In this document: piece after piece, positions 28,209 through 36,952 of the stretch
How the letters are laid out: every line of letters begins with the position of its first letter
Numbering within the stretch: the first letter of the stretch is position 1
IMG/VR virus record: IMGVR_UViG_3300028840_008153
Location: 35,143-99,142 of that record
Direction: 5' to 3' (one strand)
Length of the DNA stretch: 64,000 bases
Origin: a virus
Lineage: Duplodnaviria > Heunggongvirae > Uroviricota > Caudoviricetes
Position numbers and translations under genes: made by a program
Notes under the pieces: model-generated
Databases searched by the model: none
What the model was told of the DNA's origin: nothing
What the model saw: only the letters and a program-made list of their open reading frames with translations

Positions 28209-28658
28209 TTAGAGTTCCAAGCGGGCGAAAAGGGCCGTCAGCTGCTCATTGACGATCATGTCGCTGGCTGCCACCGAGTAGGCAATCGATTCGATGACCA
28301 CGCCGGAGGCGGTGATCTTCCCAACCTGCGACCCGTCTTCGCAGCCTGCCTCGAAGGTGAAGGCCAAAATGTTGTTGGCCATGTTACAGACATCGCCGTA
28401 CTTCTGGATGAACTCCGTCGAGACACCACGGCCGCCCACAACGCGAGCGATCGTGATCGAGCCGCGCGTGCGGCCCGCAATGAAGATGGTCTTGGAAGAG
28501 CCGACTTCCCAGAGCCGGTTGATGTTCTGTGCATAGGTCAACTGCACGTTCTGGACCAACAGGTCCTCGTTCGAGACGCCGGAAAACAGCAGACGAGTGG
28601 CGTCCGCCGCAAGGGGCTGACCCAAATCAACTTCTCGATTGAAAACGTCACGAGCCAT
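28209..28658 (-). CDS. Tail tube protein
   Basis: 149 aa, beta-rich (LVQNVQLTYAQNINRLWEVGS...GSITIARV), downstream of the sheath. Confidence 0.75.
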   Translation of the reverse strand: MARDVFNREVDLGQPLAADATRLLFSGVSNEDLLVQNVQLTYAQNINRLWEVGSSKTIFIAGRTRGSITIARVVGGRGVSTEFIQKYGDVCNMANNILAFTFEAGCEDGSQVGKITASGVVIESIAYSVAASDMIVNEQLTALFARLEL

Positions 28659-28672
28659 CGCTCATCTCCTGT

Positions 28673-29161
28673 CTACCGTGTCAAACGACGAACCAGCTTT
28701 CGAACACGTGGTGACGCGGGCCACTCTTCTTCCAGAGCTTCCTCCTCGCCAAAAAGCGATTCTGGCCGAGGCGTTTCTGGAGCAACCATGATGGGCGCCC
28801 CCGCAGCAACTTCTTCAAGGTACTGGCGATGCGAGGCCGGCGCCGTTGCTGTCAATGCGCCCAAACCGAGACCGCCCAGTACGCCTCCAGCGAGTGCGGG
28901 CCATCTGCCCTTCGTGCCGGCGAGACGAGCAAGTCCCAGCCCCGCGCCCGCGCCAACTCCAGCACCAACGCCGCCACCAACGAGTCCCCGCAAAAGAGGG
29001 TCGCCCTGACTGGTCTCGTAGGAGGACAAGATGTCCTCCAACTGTTGGGCCTCGATCTCGGCCCGACGCTGCCGCTCCAAAGCCTTGCGGCGCATGGCCT
29101 CCATCTGGATGTCAGCCGTGGCAATGGCCTGTTTGATCAGGAAGGCTCCCGCTTTGTCCAT
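28673..29161 (-). CDS. Glycine-zipper protein with FLIKQA motif
   Basis: MDKAGAFLIKQA; two GxxxG hydrophobic stretches. Confidence 0.6.
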   Translation of the reverse strand: MDKAGAFLIKQAIATADIQMEAMRRKALERQRRAEIEAQQLEDILSSYETSQGDPLLRGLVGGGVGAGVGAGAGLGLARLAGTKGRWPALAGGVLGGLGLGALTATAPASHRQYLEEVAAGAPIMVAPETPRPESLFGEEEALEEEWPASPRVRKLVRRLTR

Positions 29162-29700
29162 TACTGCATCCCCATGGTTGTCCGGTATCCCTTCAGCTGA
29201 GCCTCCAGTTTGCGCTTCTGCTGCTCCAGCTTCATCAGTTCCAGGCTGGGTCCTTGCGCCTGGAGCGTCTGAATCTGAGCCTGAACATCCGCCAGCTGTT
29301 TCTGTGGCGACGCCGCTGTTGCTGCCGTTGCCGCCGGTGCTCTCGTTGACACTGCCGGCGCTGGCGCCGCTTGTGCTGTCGGCTGTGCCGTCCCAAGGTT
29401 GGACGTCACAGAGGGCCTTTTGGCTATGGACTTGGGCCCCAGCCCGAAGAAGCTCTTCATCGCGCGGCCCAGGCCCGTGACGCCTGCAACAAGACCTCGA
29501 ACATCCCCGGAACGACGACCAGCCGCCTGCTTGTAACCGACGGCGAAGCCCAGCTCAAAAGCGCCCTTCTTCTCGCGCTTCTTCTTGCCCACGCGCTTCG
29601 GCAGCTTCTTGCCTTTGGGCGTGTGCTTCTGCCAACGCTTGGCAATCTCGGGATGCCGAGCGTACATGTACTTGCGCTGGGACTCGCTCTTAAAAGGCAT
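29161..29700 (-). CDS. Basic hypothetical protein with MPFKSxxQR N-terminal peptide
   Basis: MPFKSESQRKYMYARHPEIAKRW; then KKGAFELG...KQAAG; C-terminal coiled coil. Confidence 0.65.
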   Translation of the reverse strand: MPFKSESQRKYMYARHPEIAKRWQKHTPKGKKLPKRVGKKKREKKGAFELGFAVGYKQAAGRRSGDVRGLVAGVTGLGRAMKSFFGLGPKSIAKRPSVTSNLGTAQPTAQAAPAPAVSTRAPAATAATAASPQKQLADVQAQIQTLQAQGPSLELMKLEQQKRKLEAQLKGYRTTMGMQ

Positions 29701-29711
29701 TTCTGCCTCCG

Positions 29712-32528
29712 TTAGACGATCAGGTGCAGCTCCAGGTTGTTGAACGGCTCCGGCACGTCCAGACTGATGCGAGCCACGATGCGGTCGGCCAGCGTCGGGT
29801 GAACCGAGATCTCAAGGATCTCGGCGCCAATCAGCTGTGGTCCCAGCCGGTCCACCACGATGGTGTTCTTGTACTCCTCGATCTTACCCACAATCTCACC
29901 CCGAAGGATGTTGAGCATGGTGGGCGTCACGTTGCCCCGCCCGATGAAGGGCTTCAGGGTCAGCAGGAACCCACGGCTCATGCTGTCCACGTTCGTGGTG
30001 ATGTTCTGTTCCTTCTCGTTGATGTTGCTCTGGTCGCCCGTCGAGAGCTGATGGCGGGTGAAGACCGTCCCGTCGTTGGGGTCCTGGGTCACGATCCAGT
30101 AACCGGACGCCGCCATGGTGTCCAGCTGGCTGGAACTCATGTACTCCGTGGTCCGGGACAGGTCGTCGAAGCCGAGCAGCTCGACGTTGGTCAGCCCCTG
30201 ATGGGGCAGCACGCTCGACCGCAGTCCCGCAAGACCCGCGCACAGGTAGTACCCGGCAAAGGTTTCACCGGCGTTCCCCACCTCGTCCGGCCAGACCAGA
30301 TAGATGCGCCGGCTGGAGAAGATCCCGGGGTTGGTGGCCAGATCCTGCGCCAACTCGGTGCGAGTCAGCGTTCTGTGGATCTCGATCTTGCTAGGGACCG
30401 TGACGGCCGCGCTCGGACCGGAGGCCAAACGAAGGGTTTCCTCGTTGATCACCGCGTCGATCACGAACTCGGTGTAGGTCTCGTTCCCGAACCCGTCACC
30501 CGTGTAAAGCGCCCGGCAGGTGTCGCCCGCGCGCACGCCCCCGGTCACAAACTGCTCGCCGATGGCCTCGACCAGCGTGTACTGCGTGCCGCTGGTGTCG
30601 GGATCATCCTCGATGGTGGCCAGAACCGGGGTGCCCGGAAGGGCTCCCGAAGCCTGCGAGGTGGTGTAGATCGCCGCAACGGGCTCGGCGGCCATGTTGA
30701 ACCAGCCAATCCGCCAGCGCCCCACGTCCGCCGCCGACTGGGCCTCGATGTGGGTCTGGCACGCCTGAAGCACTTCCTGGTCCTGCGTCATCGGAACGAG
30801 CGAGTAAACGTCCTCGCGCCCGCCCAGGATCTCCAGTGCCTCCAGCCAATCTTCCAGCGTCAGCGGGGAACTGGAACAGACGCCCAGGTAGTAGACATCG
30901 CTGCCGCTGGCATTCTGCAACGCCTTGTAGACGCCGAAAGCCAACGGGTTGTCCGGGTCAATGGTGCCCAGCGTATCGGCCACGTCGCCCACGTCGGAGA
31001 TCGAGCCGACCGCCGAGCAGTTGTCCGTAAGCCTGTCCCTGTGCTGCACGTAGATGATGCCGTCCTCGACGGGCAGCGCCACCATCGTGCCGCCGGACTG
31101 CCACTCGGCGTCGTAAGCCACGATTCCGGGTTTGATGCAGATTTCCGTCTCGGACTGCTCCCAGTTGACCAGCGGGGCAAAGCCCGTGCGGTTCTCCTCG
31201 ACCTCGATGTCCTTCTTGATGTACAGCGTGACTTCGAGATCCGGCCCCACAGCCGCGCTGGAGCTGGAGCTTGAGGAGCTTCCGCTGCAGATGCCTCGAA
31301 GGCCCTCGGGCAGGTTGTTGGCCAACACCAGCGTGCGGACCGGGCCTGCCGTCGAAGCCGTCACCTCGATGAAGTAGCGGTCGTCCTTGCACAGCCCCGC
31401 GCCCGTGAAGGAGACGGTCACGCCCTGCGTGCCAACCACGACCGCCGTGCCGCTGGCGTTCACGTCCGTGGGACCGGAAAGGTCCACGCCCGTGGTCGTG
31501 CTGACCGTGATCTGGGGCTTGGTGGAGCTGGTGAACTTGCCGCCGCGCGAGACGGTGACCACGTAGGTCGTGTCCGACGCGCCGCCGTAGGTGCCGCCGC
31601 TTGCGGGCACCGGCGGGGTGAAATCCTGCTGAACCGTGACGACCCAGCGCTGCCCCGGAATGAAGTCATCGGGGTCAACGGGCGTGCCGCCCGAGCTGGA
31701 CGAACCGGTCGTGTTGATGAAGGTTGCAGTGAGCCCGCGCGAGCCGATGGGCGTCGCCACGCCAAAGGCCGAAGGCGTCACCTCGCCGACGTCGTCGTTG
31801 CCCGACGCGCTGGTCACGCGCAGCAGCGCCGTGGTGGCGTCGCCGCCCACGGAGCCGTTGATGACGTCGATCGTGTACGTCTCTGAGGGGTTCCCGTCGT
31901 CCAGACCGTCGTAGGTGCTGCCATCTTCGGAACTGATTCCGACATCATTGACGGAGCCGGCCGTCTGGGAGCTGGAGGTTCCAGCCACCAGCGCCGCCTG
32001 GTTGGCGGCCTCGGCGGTTGCCGCGTCAACGACGGCTGCGAGCGTGTCGGCGATGAGGCCGACGATCGTGCTCCACAGCGTGATGGGGGAACCGCAGGCG
32101 GAACTGCGGATGCGGATGGCGTCGCCGATCTTCACATCCCGCAAGAGTTCCGTGGAGCGGGAGAAGCCGTTGGCCGTCTGGAAGATCTTGCTCTCCGCGC
32201 GAATCCGGTTGCGAGCCGGGGGCACGTGCCGAATGATGCTGGCGTCGCCCGCCGGGTCGTTGAAGTAGCGCAGCAGCGCGTCTTCGAAGTAGACCTTGGT
32301 GTAGGTCTGATCGACGACAGCGCCGGGCTGGCGGTTGGGCCAGAGGAAGCATTCCTCTGACAGCGGGTCGTAACTGTCGGAGACCCGGATGTTTGCTTTC
32401 TCATCAGGATAGCGCAGCAGATCGAACTGCTCGCCCACGATGACCGCGCTCTGCGGCTCAGCGATGGCCGCCGGCTGCTGCGTGAATTCCTGGTAAACAA
32501 GAACTTGGGGAAGCACGTAAGACGGCAT
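29712..32528 (-). CDS. Contractile tail sheath protein (938 aa, with inserted domains)
   Basis: N-terminal PQVLVYQEF; C-terminal LAGLRSSVLPHQGLTN, LKPFIGRGNVT and ARISLDVPEPFNNLELHL sheath signatures. Confidence 0.88.
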   Translation of the reverse strand: MPSYVLPQVLVYQEFTQQPAAIAEPQSAVIVGEQFDLLRYPDEKANIRVSDSYDPLSEECFLWPNRQPGAVVDQTYTKVYFEDALLRYFNDPAGDASIIRHVPPARNRIRAESKIFQTANGFSRSTELLRDVKIGDAIRIRSSACGSPITLWSTIVGLIADTLAAVVDAATAEAANQAALVAGTSSSQTAGSVNDVGISSEDGSTYDGLDDGNPSETYTIDVINGSVGGDATTALLRVTSASGNDDVGEVTPSAFGVATPIGSRGLTATFINTTGSSSSGGTPVDPDDFIPGQRWVVTVQQDFTPPVPASGGTYGGASDTTYVVTVSRGGKFTSSTKPQITVSTTTGVDLSGPTDVNASGTAVVVGTQGVTVSFTGAGLCKDDRYFIEVTASTAGPVRTLVLANNLPEGLRGICSGSSSSSSSSAAVGPDLEVTLYIKKDIEVEENRTGFAPLVNWEQSETEICIKPGIVAYDAEWQSGGTMVALPVEDGIIYVQHRDRLTDNCSAVGSISDVGDVADTLGTIDPDNPLAFGVYKALQNASGSDVYYLGVCSSSPLTLEDWLEALEILGGREDVYSLVPMTQDQEVLQACQTHIEAQSAADVGRWRIGWFNMAAEPVAAIYTTSQASGALPGTPVLATIEDDPDTSGTQYTLVEAIGEQFVTGGVRAGDTCRALYTGDGFGNETYTEFVIDAVINEETLRLASGPSAAVTVPSKIEIHRTLTRTELAQDLATNPGIFSSRRIYLVWPDEVGNAGETFAGYYLCAGLAGLRSSVLPHQGLTNVELLGFDDLSRTTEYMSSSQLDTMAASGYWIVTQDPNDGTVFTRHQLSTGDQSNINEKEQNITTNVDSMSRGFLLTLKPFIGRGNVTPTMLNILRGEIVGKIEEYKNTIVVDRLGPQLIGAEILEISVHPTLADRIVARISLDVPEPFNNLELHLIV

Positions 32529-32540
32529 CGGGCTTTCTCC

Positions 32541-33287
32541 TTAACGATTGTCTGCGCGCAGATCCAGCTCCAGCGTCTTGAGTACCGGAGCCACGACGTC
32601 GATTCGCCAGGTCTGCATGACGATGTATCCTGCCACCACGGGCACCACGAACCGACTGTCCGATTCCTCGAAGTGTGAAACCTCTCCCACCTCGGTCACT
32701 TCGAAACGGTGCAGCTTCAAGTCCTGCCGCATCGTCGGTCCGAACATGCTGAGATGGTTGGACACCTCAGATCCCAGCAACTCTGCTTCTGCACCGGAGC
32801 CGCCAACACAAAAAACCGTAAGGCTCCCCAAGATGGCCTTGCTGTGATAGTCACCCGGGACCTTGATGACCTCTCCCGTGCGACGATCCCTGCGAGGCCC
32901 GGACGTCAACCCGTCATTGATGCCCAGGCGTTGGAACGTGTAGCGGTTGCGCTTCACGTAGAGCGCCGGGCGCTTCTGCGGGTCTTTCGCATTATAAGCC
33001 CAGGACGGCATTATTTGAATAGGGGATTCGACGGAGCCATCCCCATTCTCATCCGGTATCCACTGGTATGCTGACAGCTGGATACGCCCTGGTGCGTTCT
33101 GCCCTCCAAACTCAAGGTTGTTGATGTCGCTGAAATGCTCCTGCAGGACCCTTAAAATCATGCCGGTCAAGACGGTCGACGGATGTCCGGTCGAACACAG
33201 GCTGCTGACGGTGTCCAGCCCCACGAACGTCCTGGGCGGCCCTTCCGCCGGACTGCTGCTGCTCGACGAAACTGGAGGACAGGCCAT
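32541..33287 (-). CDS. Tail terminator/completion protein
   Basis: Directly upstream of the sheath; RPALYVKRN...GAEAELLGSEV pattern; N-terminal Ser6. Confidence 0.6.
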   Translation of the reverse strand: MACPPVSSSSSSPAEGPPRTFVGLDTVSSLCSTGHPSTVLTGMILRVLQEHFSDINNLEFGGQNAPGRIQLSAYQWIPDENGDGSVESPIQIMPSWAYNAKDPQKRPALYVKRNRYTFQRLGINDGLTSGPRRDRRTGEVIKVPGDYHSKAILGSLTVFCVGGSGAEAELLGSEVSNHLSMFGPTMRQDLKLHRFEVTEVGEVSHFEESDSRFVVPVVAGYIVMQTWRIDVVAPVLKTLELDLRADNR

Positions 33288-33389
33288 CAATCACATCCTC
33301 AATGTCGGGCTCCCAGTCCATGCCGATGCGCGGGAGGAACGTGCGCTCCTGCGTCCGGTCTGGAATCTTCGCACCCATGACGCCCTCCG

Positions 33390-34115
33390 TTATTCGGAGA
33401 GCTGCTCAGCCTGCGCGCCCAGGAAAGCCGCCGTCCGAACGGCCAGCTCTTCCTCCGGCACATCACAAGCCTTGGCCAGCGCCTCCTTGGAGATGCCGTT
33501 GGCCTCACAGAAGACCTCCATGCCGAGGTCGAAGGCCATAAGCCGCTCGGCATCCGTTTCGGCGGCCTTCTCGCTCTCGTTGCCTTCCTTGAGCGCCTTC
33601 TTGATGAACTCGGCGTTCTTCTGCGCGCCCTCCAGCCCCTTGGGCCACTGAGTGGCAATCTCTGCGGACATCAGAGTATTCTCCTTGTCTTTGTTCTCGT
33701 GGGAAGCCTGAACCTGCATTCCCTCGGGCCAACCGGGAGGCGACGCCTCTGCTCGTTCCCGGTCTTCCTCCATCTCCCTTCGCAGGCGCTGCCGTTTTGC
33801 CTCTTCCCGCTCTTCACGCAGTTCCTCGGCCCGAAGTGGGCTGAGCTTGCGCCGCGCGGCCCAACCGACCGGAACAGCGGCAAGCGCGCTGGCTGCGAGA
33901 GGAAGCTCACGGAGAGCGCTGACACCAAGCCCCGCACCTCCGCCCAAAAGCGCGCCCTGCAGAATACCACGCGGAGTCGCACCCTCTTCAGAGAAAAGGC
34001 CGCCCGCCGCGCCGCCTGTCAAAGCGCCCAGCGTCGTACCCGTGGCTTTGGGATGAACAGAAGGAGCCTTCTGCAGGAAGTCAAGCAGCTTTTTGGCAAC
34101 GGAAACGTCAGGCAT
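33390..34115 (-). CDS. Glycine-zipper/coiled-coil hypothetical protein
   Basis: GxxxG segments, charged helix, AFDLGMEVFC motif. Confidence 0.6.
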   Translation of the reverse strand: MPDVSVAKKLLDFLQKAPSVHPKATGTTLGALTGGAAGGLFSEEGATPRGILQGALLGGGAGLGVSALRELPLAASALAAVPVGWAARRKLSPLRAEELREEREEAKRQRLRREMEEDRERAEASPPGWPEGMQVQASHENKDKENTLMSAEIATQWPKGLEGAQKNAEFIKKALKEGNESEKAAETDAERLMAFDLGMEVFCEANGISKEALAKACDVPEEELAVRTAAFLGAQAEQLSE

Positions 34116-34127
34116 GACAATCGCTCC

Positions 34128-35093
34128 CTACCAGGCGAACTCCTCGTTGAGCCCCGCCGCGTAGTTACACGGGGCAGGAGAAGAACTGGAACTGTCTGAT
34201 TCCCCAGAACCGTTGCCCCCACCGCCAGACAGCGGTATTTCATAAATCATATCCGTGACAGGAGCAAGACGCAATTCCAGCATATATATCAAAGGAATGC
34301 CGCCCACCTCGACGAGCGTTTTGACGTTTTGGACAACGTAGCGCTCTCCGTTGTCCCTTCTCACGAAAACGTCTCTCGTTTCGATGTGCGGGTAGGCAAC
34401 ACCTCGCCCGGCCCGAACGATGTTGTACTGGGTGCCGGCCTTGTCGTTGAACTTTCGGACGCGGTCCCACGGGGCGTCCATGGTGACACGGTAATCAACG
34501 GCCGGCCGATATCCCCGGAGAATGCCGGTTCCGTAGCATTCCAGGCATCGGCTGGCCTCGACTTCACCCGTGTCCCAGGTGGAACAACGTGTGCATTTCT
34601 CACCGAATTTCCGCCGCTTCAGGATTTGCCCCTGCGCCGTGATATTGGTGCGTTTGTTCTGCTGGAGATATTCCTTTCGGACGATCTCTCGCGCCGTCAG
34701 CCAGTCCCGCTTGGACCATAACCCGTTGGCCTGATGGGGCTGCGAGGCATAAACCTTGCAATCCTCATTGGGCAGCACGAGCCGCACCCGATAGTAGAAA
34801 TCGGCGAGCGTGTCGAAATAGCGCTGTTCGGGGTCTAGAAACGTGCATTCGTCCACGATCGGGTCGCAGTTCAGCGTCTCCCAATCGCCGTCCACGGTGC
34901 CCGCCCTGCCAAAGTCCACGTAGAAGTGAAAGGGTTCCTTGGCCGTGAAGCCGGGCTTCAAACCCCAAGAGATCAGCGTGCCCCCGCGCGGCTGCGTGAC
35001 GATCTGCAGCCGATCAAAAGCCGTGCAGTCGAGCGTCGTCTGATCGCTCGGATCATAGATGGGAATCGTGGTTTTGGGCAGCTGAACGCTCAA
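34128..35093 (-). CDS. Neck/head-closure protein with CxxC...CxxCxGTG Zn finger
   Basis: TTG start overlapping the upstream TGA; CTRC...CLECYGTGILRGY; C-terminal RDVFVRRDNGERYVV closure-like strands. Confidence 0.55.
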   Translation of the reverse strand: MSVQLPKTTIPIYDPSDQTTLDCTAFDRLQIVTQPRGGTLISWGLKPGFTAKEPFHFYVDFGRAGTVDGDWETLNCDPIVDECTFLDPEQRYFDTLADFYYRVRLVLPNEDCKVYASQPHQANGLWSKRDWLTAREIVRKEYLQQNKRTNITAQGQILKRRKFGEKCTRCSTWDTGEVEASRCLECYGTGILRGYRPAVDYRVTMDAPWDRVRKFNDKAGTQYNIVRAGRGVAYPHIETRDVFVRRDNGERYVVQNVKTLVEVGGIPLIYMLELRLAPVTDMIYEIPLSGGGGNGSGESDSSSSSPAPCNYAAGLNEEFAW

Positions 35094-35713
35094 CTGTATC
35101 CCACCCTGTTTCTGCGAGTCTTCATGATGCCGGTCAAACTCTTTTCATCCCGGTCCACCTTGTTTTCGAGGCCGGGGCGCTGTTTTCGGCGTTGGCCCGC
35201 GCGGGCCTTCGCATTTCGGAGATGCTGCCGCATCCGGTCCAAATTCTGCTCCACGCGCGCGGGCGGCGCGGGCAGAGGCTCCGGCGGGGGCGGATGCTGT
35301 TGTTTGAAACCGGCCAGCGGGGGCGGAGGCATCGGAGGTCCGCCCGCGCCCGGGGTTCCGCCGGGCATCCCGCCCGGAGGCATCGGCCCCTGCGCGGTCT
35401 TCTTCAGCTTCGTGCCGATGGCCTGTTCGGCCTCCCGCATGAATGGCGAGTCCATGGCGAAGTCTGGGCGCACGCCGTACATCTCGCTGAGGCGGCGCTG
35501 CATGTGAAGGCGCTTGATGTACTCCTCCTTGAACTTGCGCTTCTTACGCAGGTGATGTCCAAGGAAAGGCGCCGCAACGAGCCCGGCGGATACCGGATAC
35601 ATCCACTTGGGGACATCGCCCCAAATGAAACTGCGCGCGGGCTGCGTGGCCTTCCACGCCCCTTTGAGGCCCTGCCAAGCCCTGCCAATGATGGCCTTCT
35701 TTTCCATGTCCAT
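35090..35713 (-). CDS. Basic Pro/Gly-rich hypothetical protein with one hydrophobic segment
   Basis: MDMEKKAIIG; hydrophobic WMYPVSAGLVAAPFLG; KKTAQG followed by a Pro/Gly tract. Confidence 0.55.
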   Translation of the reverse strand: MDMEKKAIIGRAWQGLKGAWKATQPARSFIWGDVPKWMYPVSAGLVAAPFLGHHLRKKRKFKEEYIKRLHMQRRLSEMYGVRPDFAMDSPFMREAEQAIGTKLKKTAQGPMPPGGMPGGTPGAGGPPMPPPPLAGFKQQHPPPPEPLPAPPARVEQNLDRMRQHLRNAKARAGQRRKQRPGLENKVDRDEKSLTGIMKTRRNRVGYS

Positions 35714-36598
35714 TTAGCGCACCGGGTTGTGTCGCCAGCCTCCAATCCTCTGGAAGCCGCCCTCGATGTTGATCTCGATCTTCTTCTGCCGCACGAATTC
35801 CTTGTACTCGTTGAGCCGGTCCATGCCCATCTTCATGTAGTCGGGCCACTTCTTCGTGTCAGCCACCGTCAGCCCGGCCGCCGAGTAGTCGAGGTCGTTG
35901 CGGCGCATCCACGTGGCCACCATGCGCATGACCTCGCCAACGACCGCCTCCATCCAGTGATACCGGAACGGGAAGTCCTCCATCGAGTAGATGCGCACGG
36001 GCGGAGGAACCTCGTTCCAGTATTCGATGGGCCGGCGGATCGCCCACATCAGCTCGATGTCGTCGTACTCCTTGGCATCGAGCAGGAAGTTCATCTCCGG
36101 GCACGTGTCCCGCAGGGCCAACCGGATCTCGGGCAGCGTGATCGTGCCACCCGGGTTGATGACCTCCAGGTTGGGAATGACCTCGTAGTAAAATGGGAAT
36201 AGCTTCCGAATTACGCCGTTCTGCCAGATCACGGCCATCGCCGTCCAAATGCCAACCCGCTGTGACTCGGTGGCCGTCACGGCCAGCGTCACCTTTCCGA
36301 TTTGTGCGTCGGCGGTGGAAGGCGTCTCGCACATCTTCTGAAACCAGTAGTTGACGTCCTCGGGTCGGGCCTTGGTCGTGATCTGTACGCCGTGAGTGGG
36401 GCTGTCGGAAGACGAGGACGAAGAGCTTGAGGACGAATCCTCCCCAATTCCATACTGGGTCAGATCGATGACCTCGCCCGTGCGGGGGTCCTTCAACTCC
36501 AACGTCACGTCCCCTTCGGCGCACTGGCCGATGGACGTGAAGGGGATCTTGTTCGGACAGACCCCTACGGATTCCAGACAGTCATTGGCAAAAGGCAT
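35714..36598 (-). CDS. Head-tail adaptor/neck protein
   Basis: C-terminal helical adaptor-like domain (EIRLALRD...YWNEVPP...RRNDLDYSAAGLTVAD); N-terminal beta domain; Ser10. Confidence 0.6.
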   Translation of the reverse strand: MPFANDCLESVGVCPNKIPFTSIGQCAEGDVTLELKDPRTGEVIDLTQYGIGEDSSSSSSSSSSDSPTHGVQITTKARPEDVNYWFQKMCETPSTADAQIGKVTLAVTATESQRVGIWTAMAVIWQNGVIRKLFPFYYEVIPNLEVINPGGTITLPEIRLALRDTCPEMNFLLDAKEYDDIELMWAIRRPIEYWNEVPPPVRIYSMEDFPFRYHWMEAVVGEVMRMVATWMRRNDLDYSAAGLTVADTKKWPDYMKMGMDRLNEYKEFVRQKKIEINIEGGFQRIGGWRHNPVR

Positions 36599-36609
36599 CG
36601 GTTCTTCCT

Positions 36610-36643
36610 AAGAAAACGCCCGGCCAGAAGCGGCCGGGCGTTT
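36610..36643 (-). terminator. Intrinsic terminator after the capsid module
   Basis: Perfect 12-bp stem AAACGCCCGGCC/GGCCGGGCGTTT (36614-36625/36632-36643), 6-nt loop, running into TTTTCTT on the minus strand. Confidence 0.75.
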
Positions 36644-36692
36644 GCCTGCGTCTCGTTCGGCCAAATCACCTGGCCTAACCTGATTGTCTCGC

Positions 36693-36941
36693 CTAGCTGG
36701 AGCTGGAGGACGCGGCCGGTTCCGGCAGTTCCTCCACGGTGATGTCACCGTTCTCCTGCATTTCGGAGAAGGCCGACATTTCCGTCGGTCGACCATAGCG
36801 ACCACGGCCTCCTGCCAGAATCGTGCGCAGGTCGCCGTTCATGGTGTACGACGCCCCATCAGCGATCTCGACGCCATGTGGCGGAATGAAGCCGAACATC
36901 CGGCTCGCGCCCATGTTGTTGGTGATTTTCGTTCGGGCCAT
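36693..36941 (-). CDS. Small virion protein ending in Ser5
   Basis: ATG 36941 with AGGAG RBS (track start 37094 is too long); 82 aa. Confidence 0.6.
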   Translation of the reverse strand: MARTKITNNMGASRMFGFIPPHGVEIADGASYTMNGDLRTILAGGRGRYGRPTEMSAFSEMQENGDITVEELPEPAASSSSS

Positions 36942-36952
36942 CGTAGCCTCTC

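Noticed and set aside
15612-32528. Extracellular contractile injection system, tailocin or T6SS
   Set aside because: Capsid, scaffold, protease and neck genes are contiguous with the tail genes, indicating a complete phage.
33299-33658. 119-aa minus-strand ORF
   Set aside because: Lies mostly inside 33390..34115 in another frame, has no RBS and has Arg/Ser-rich off-frame composition.
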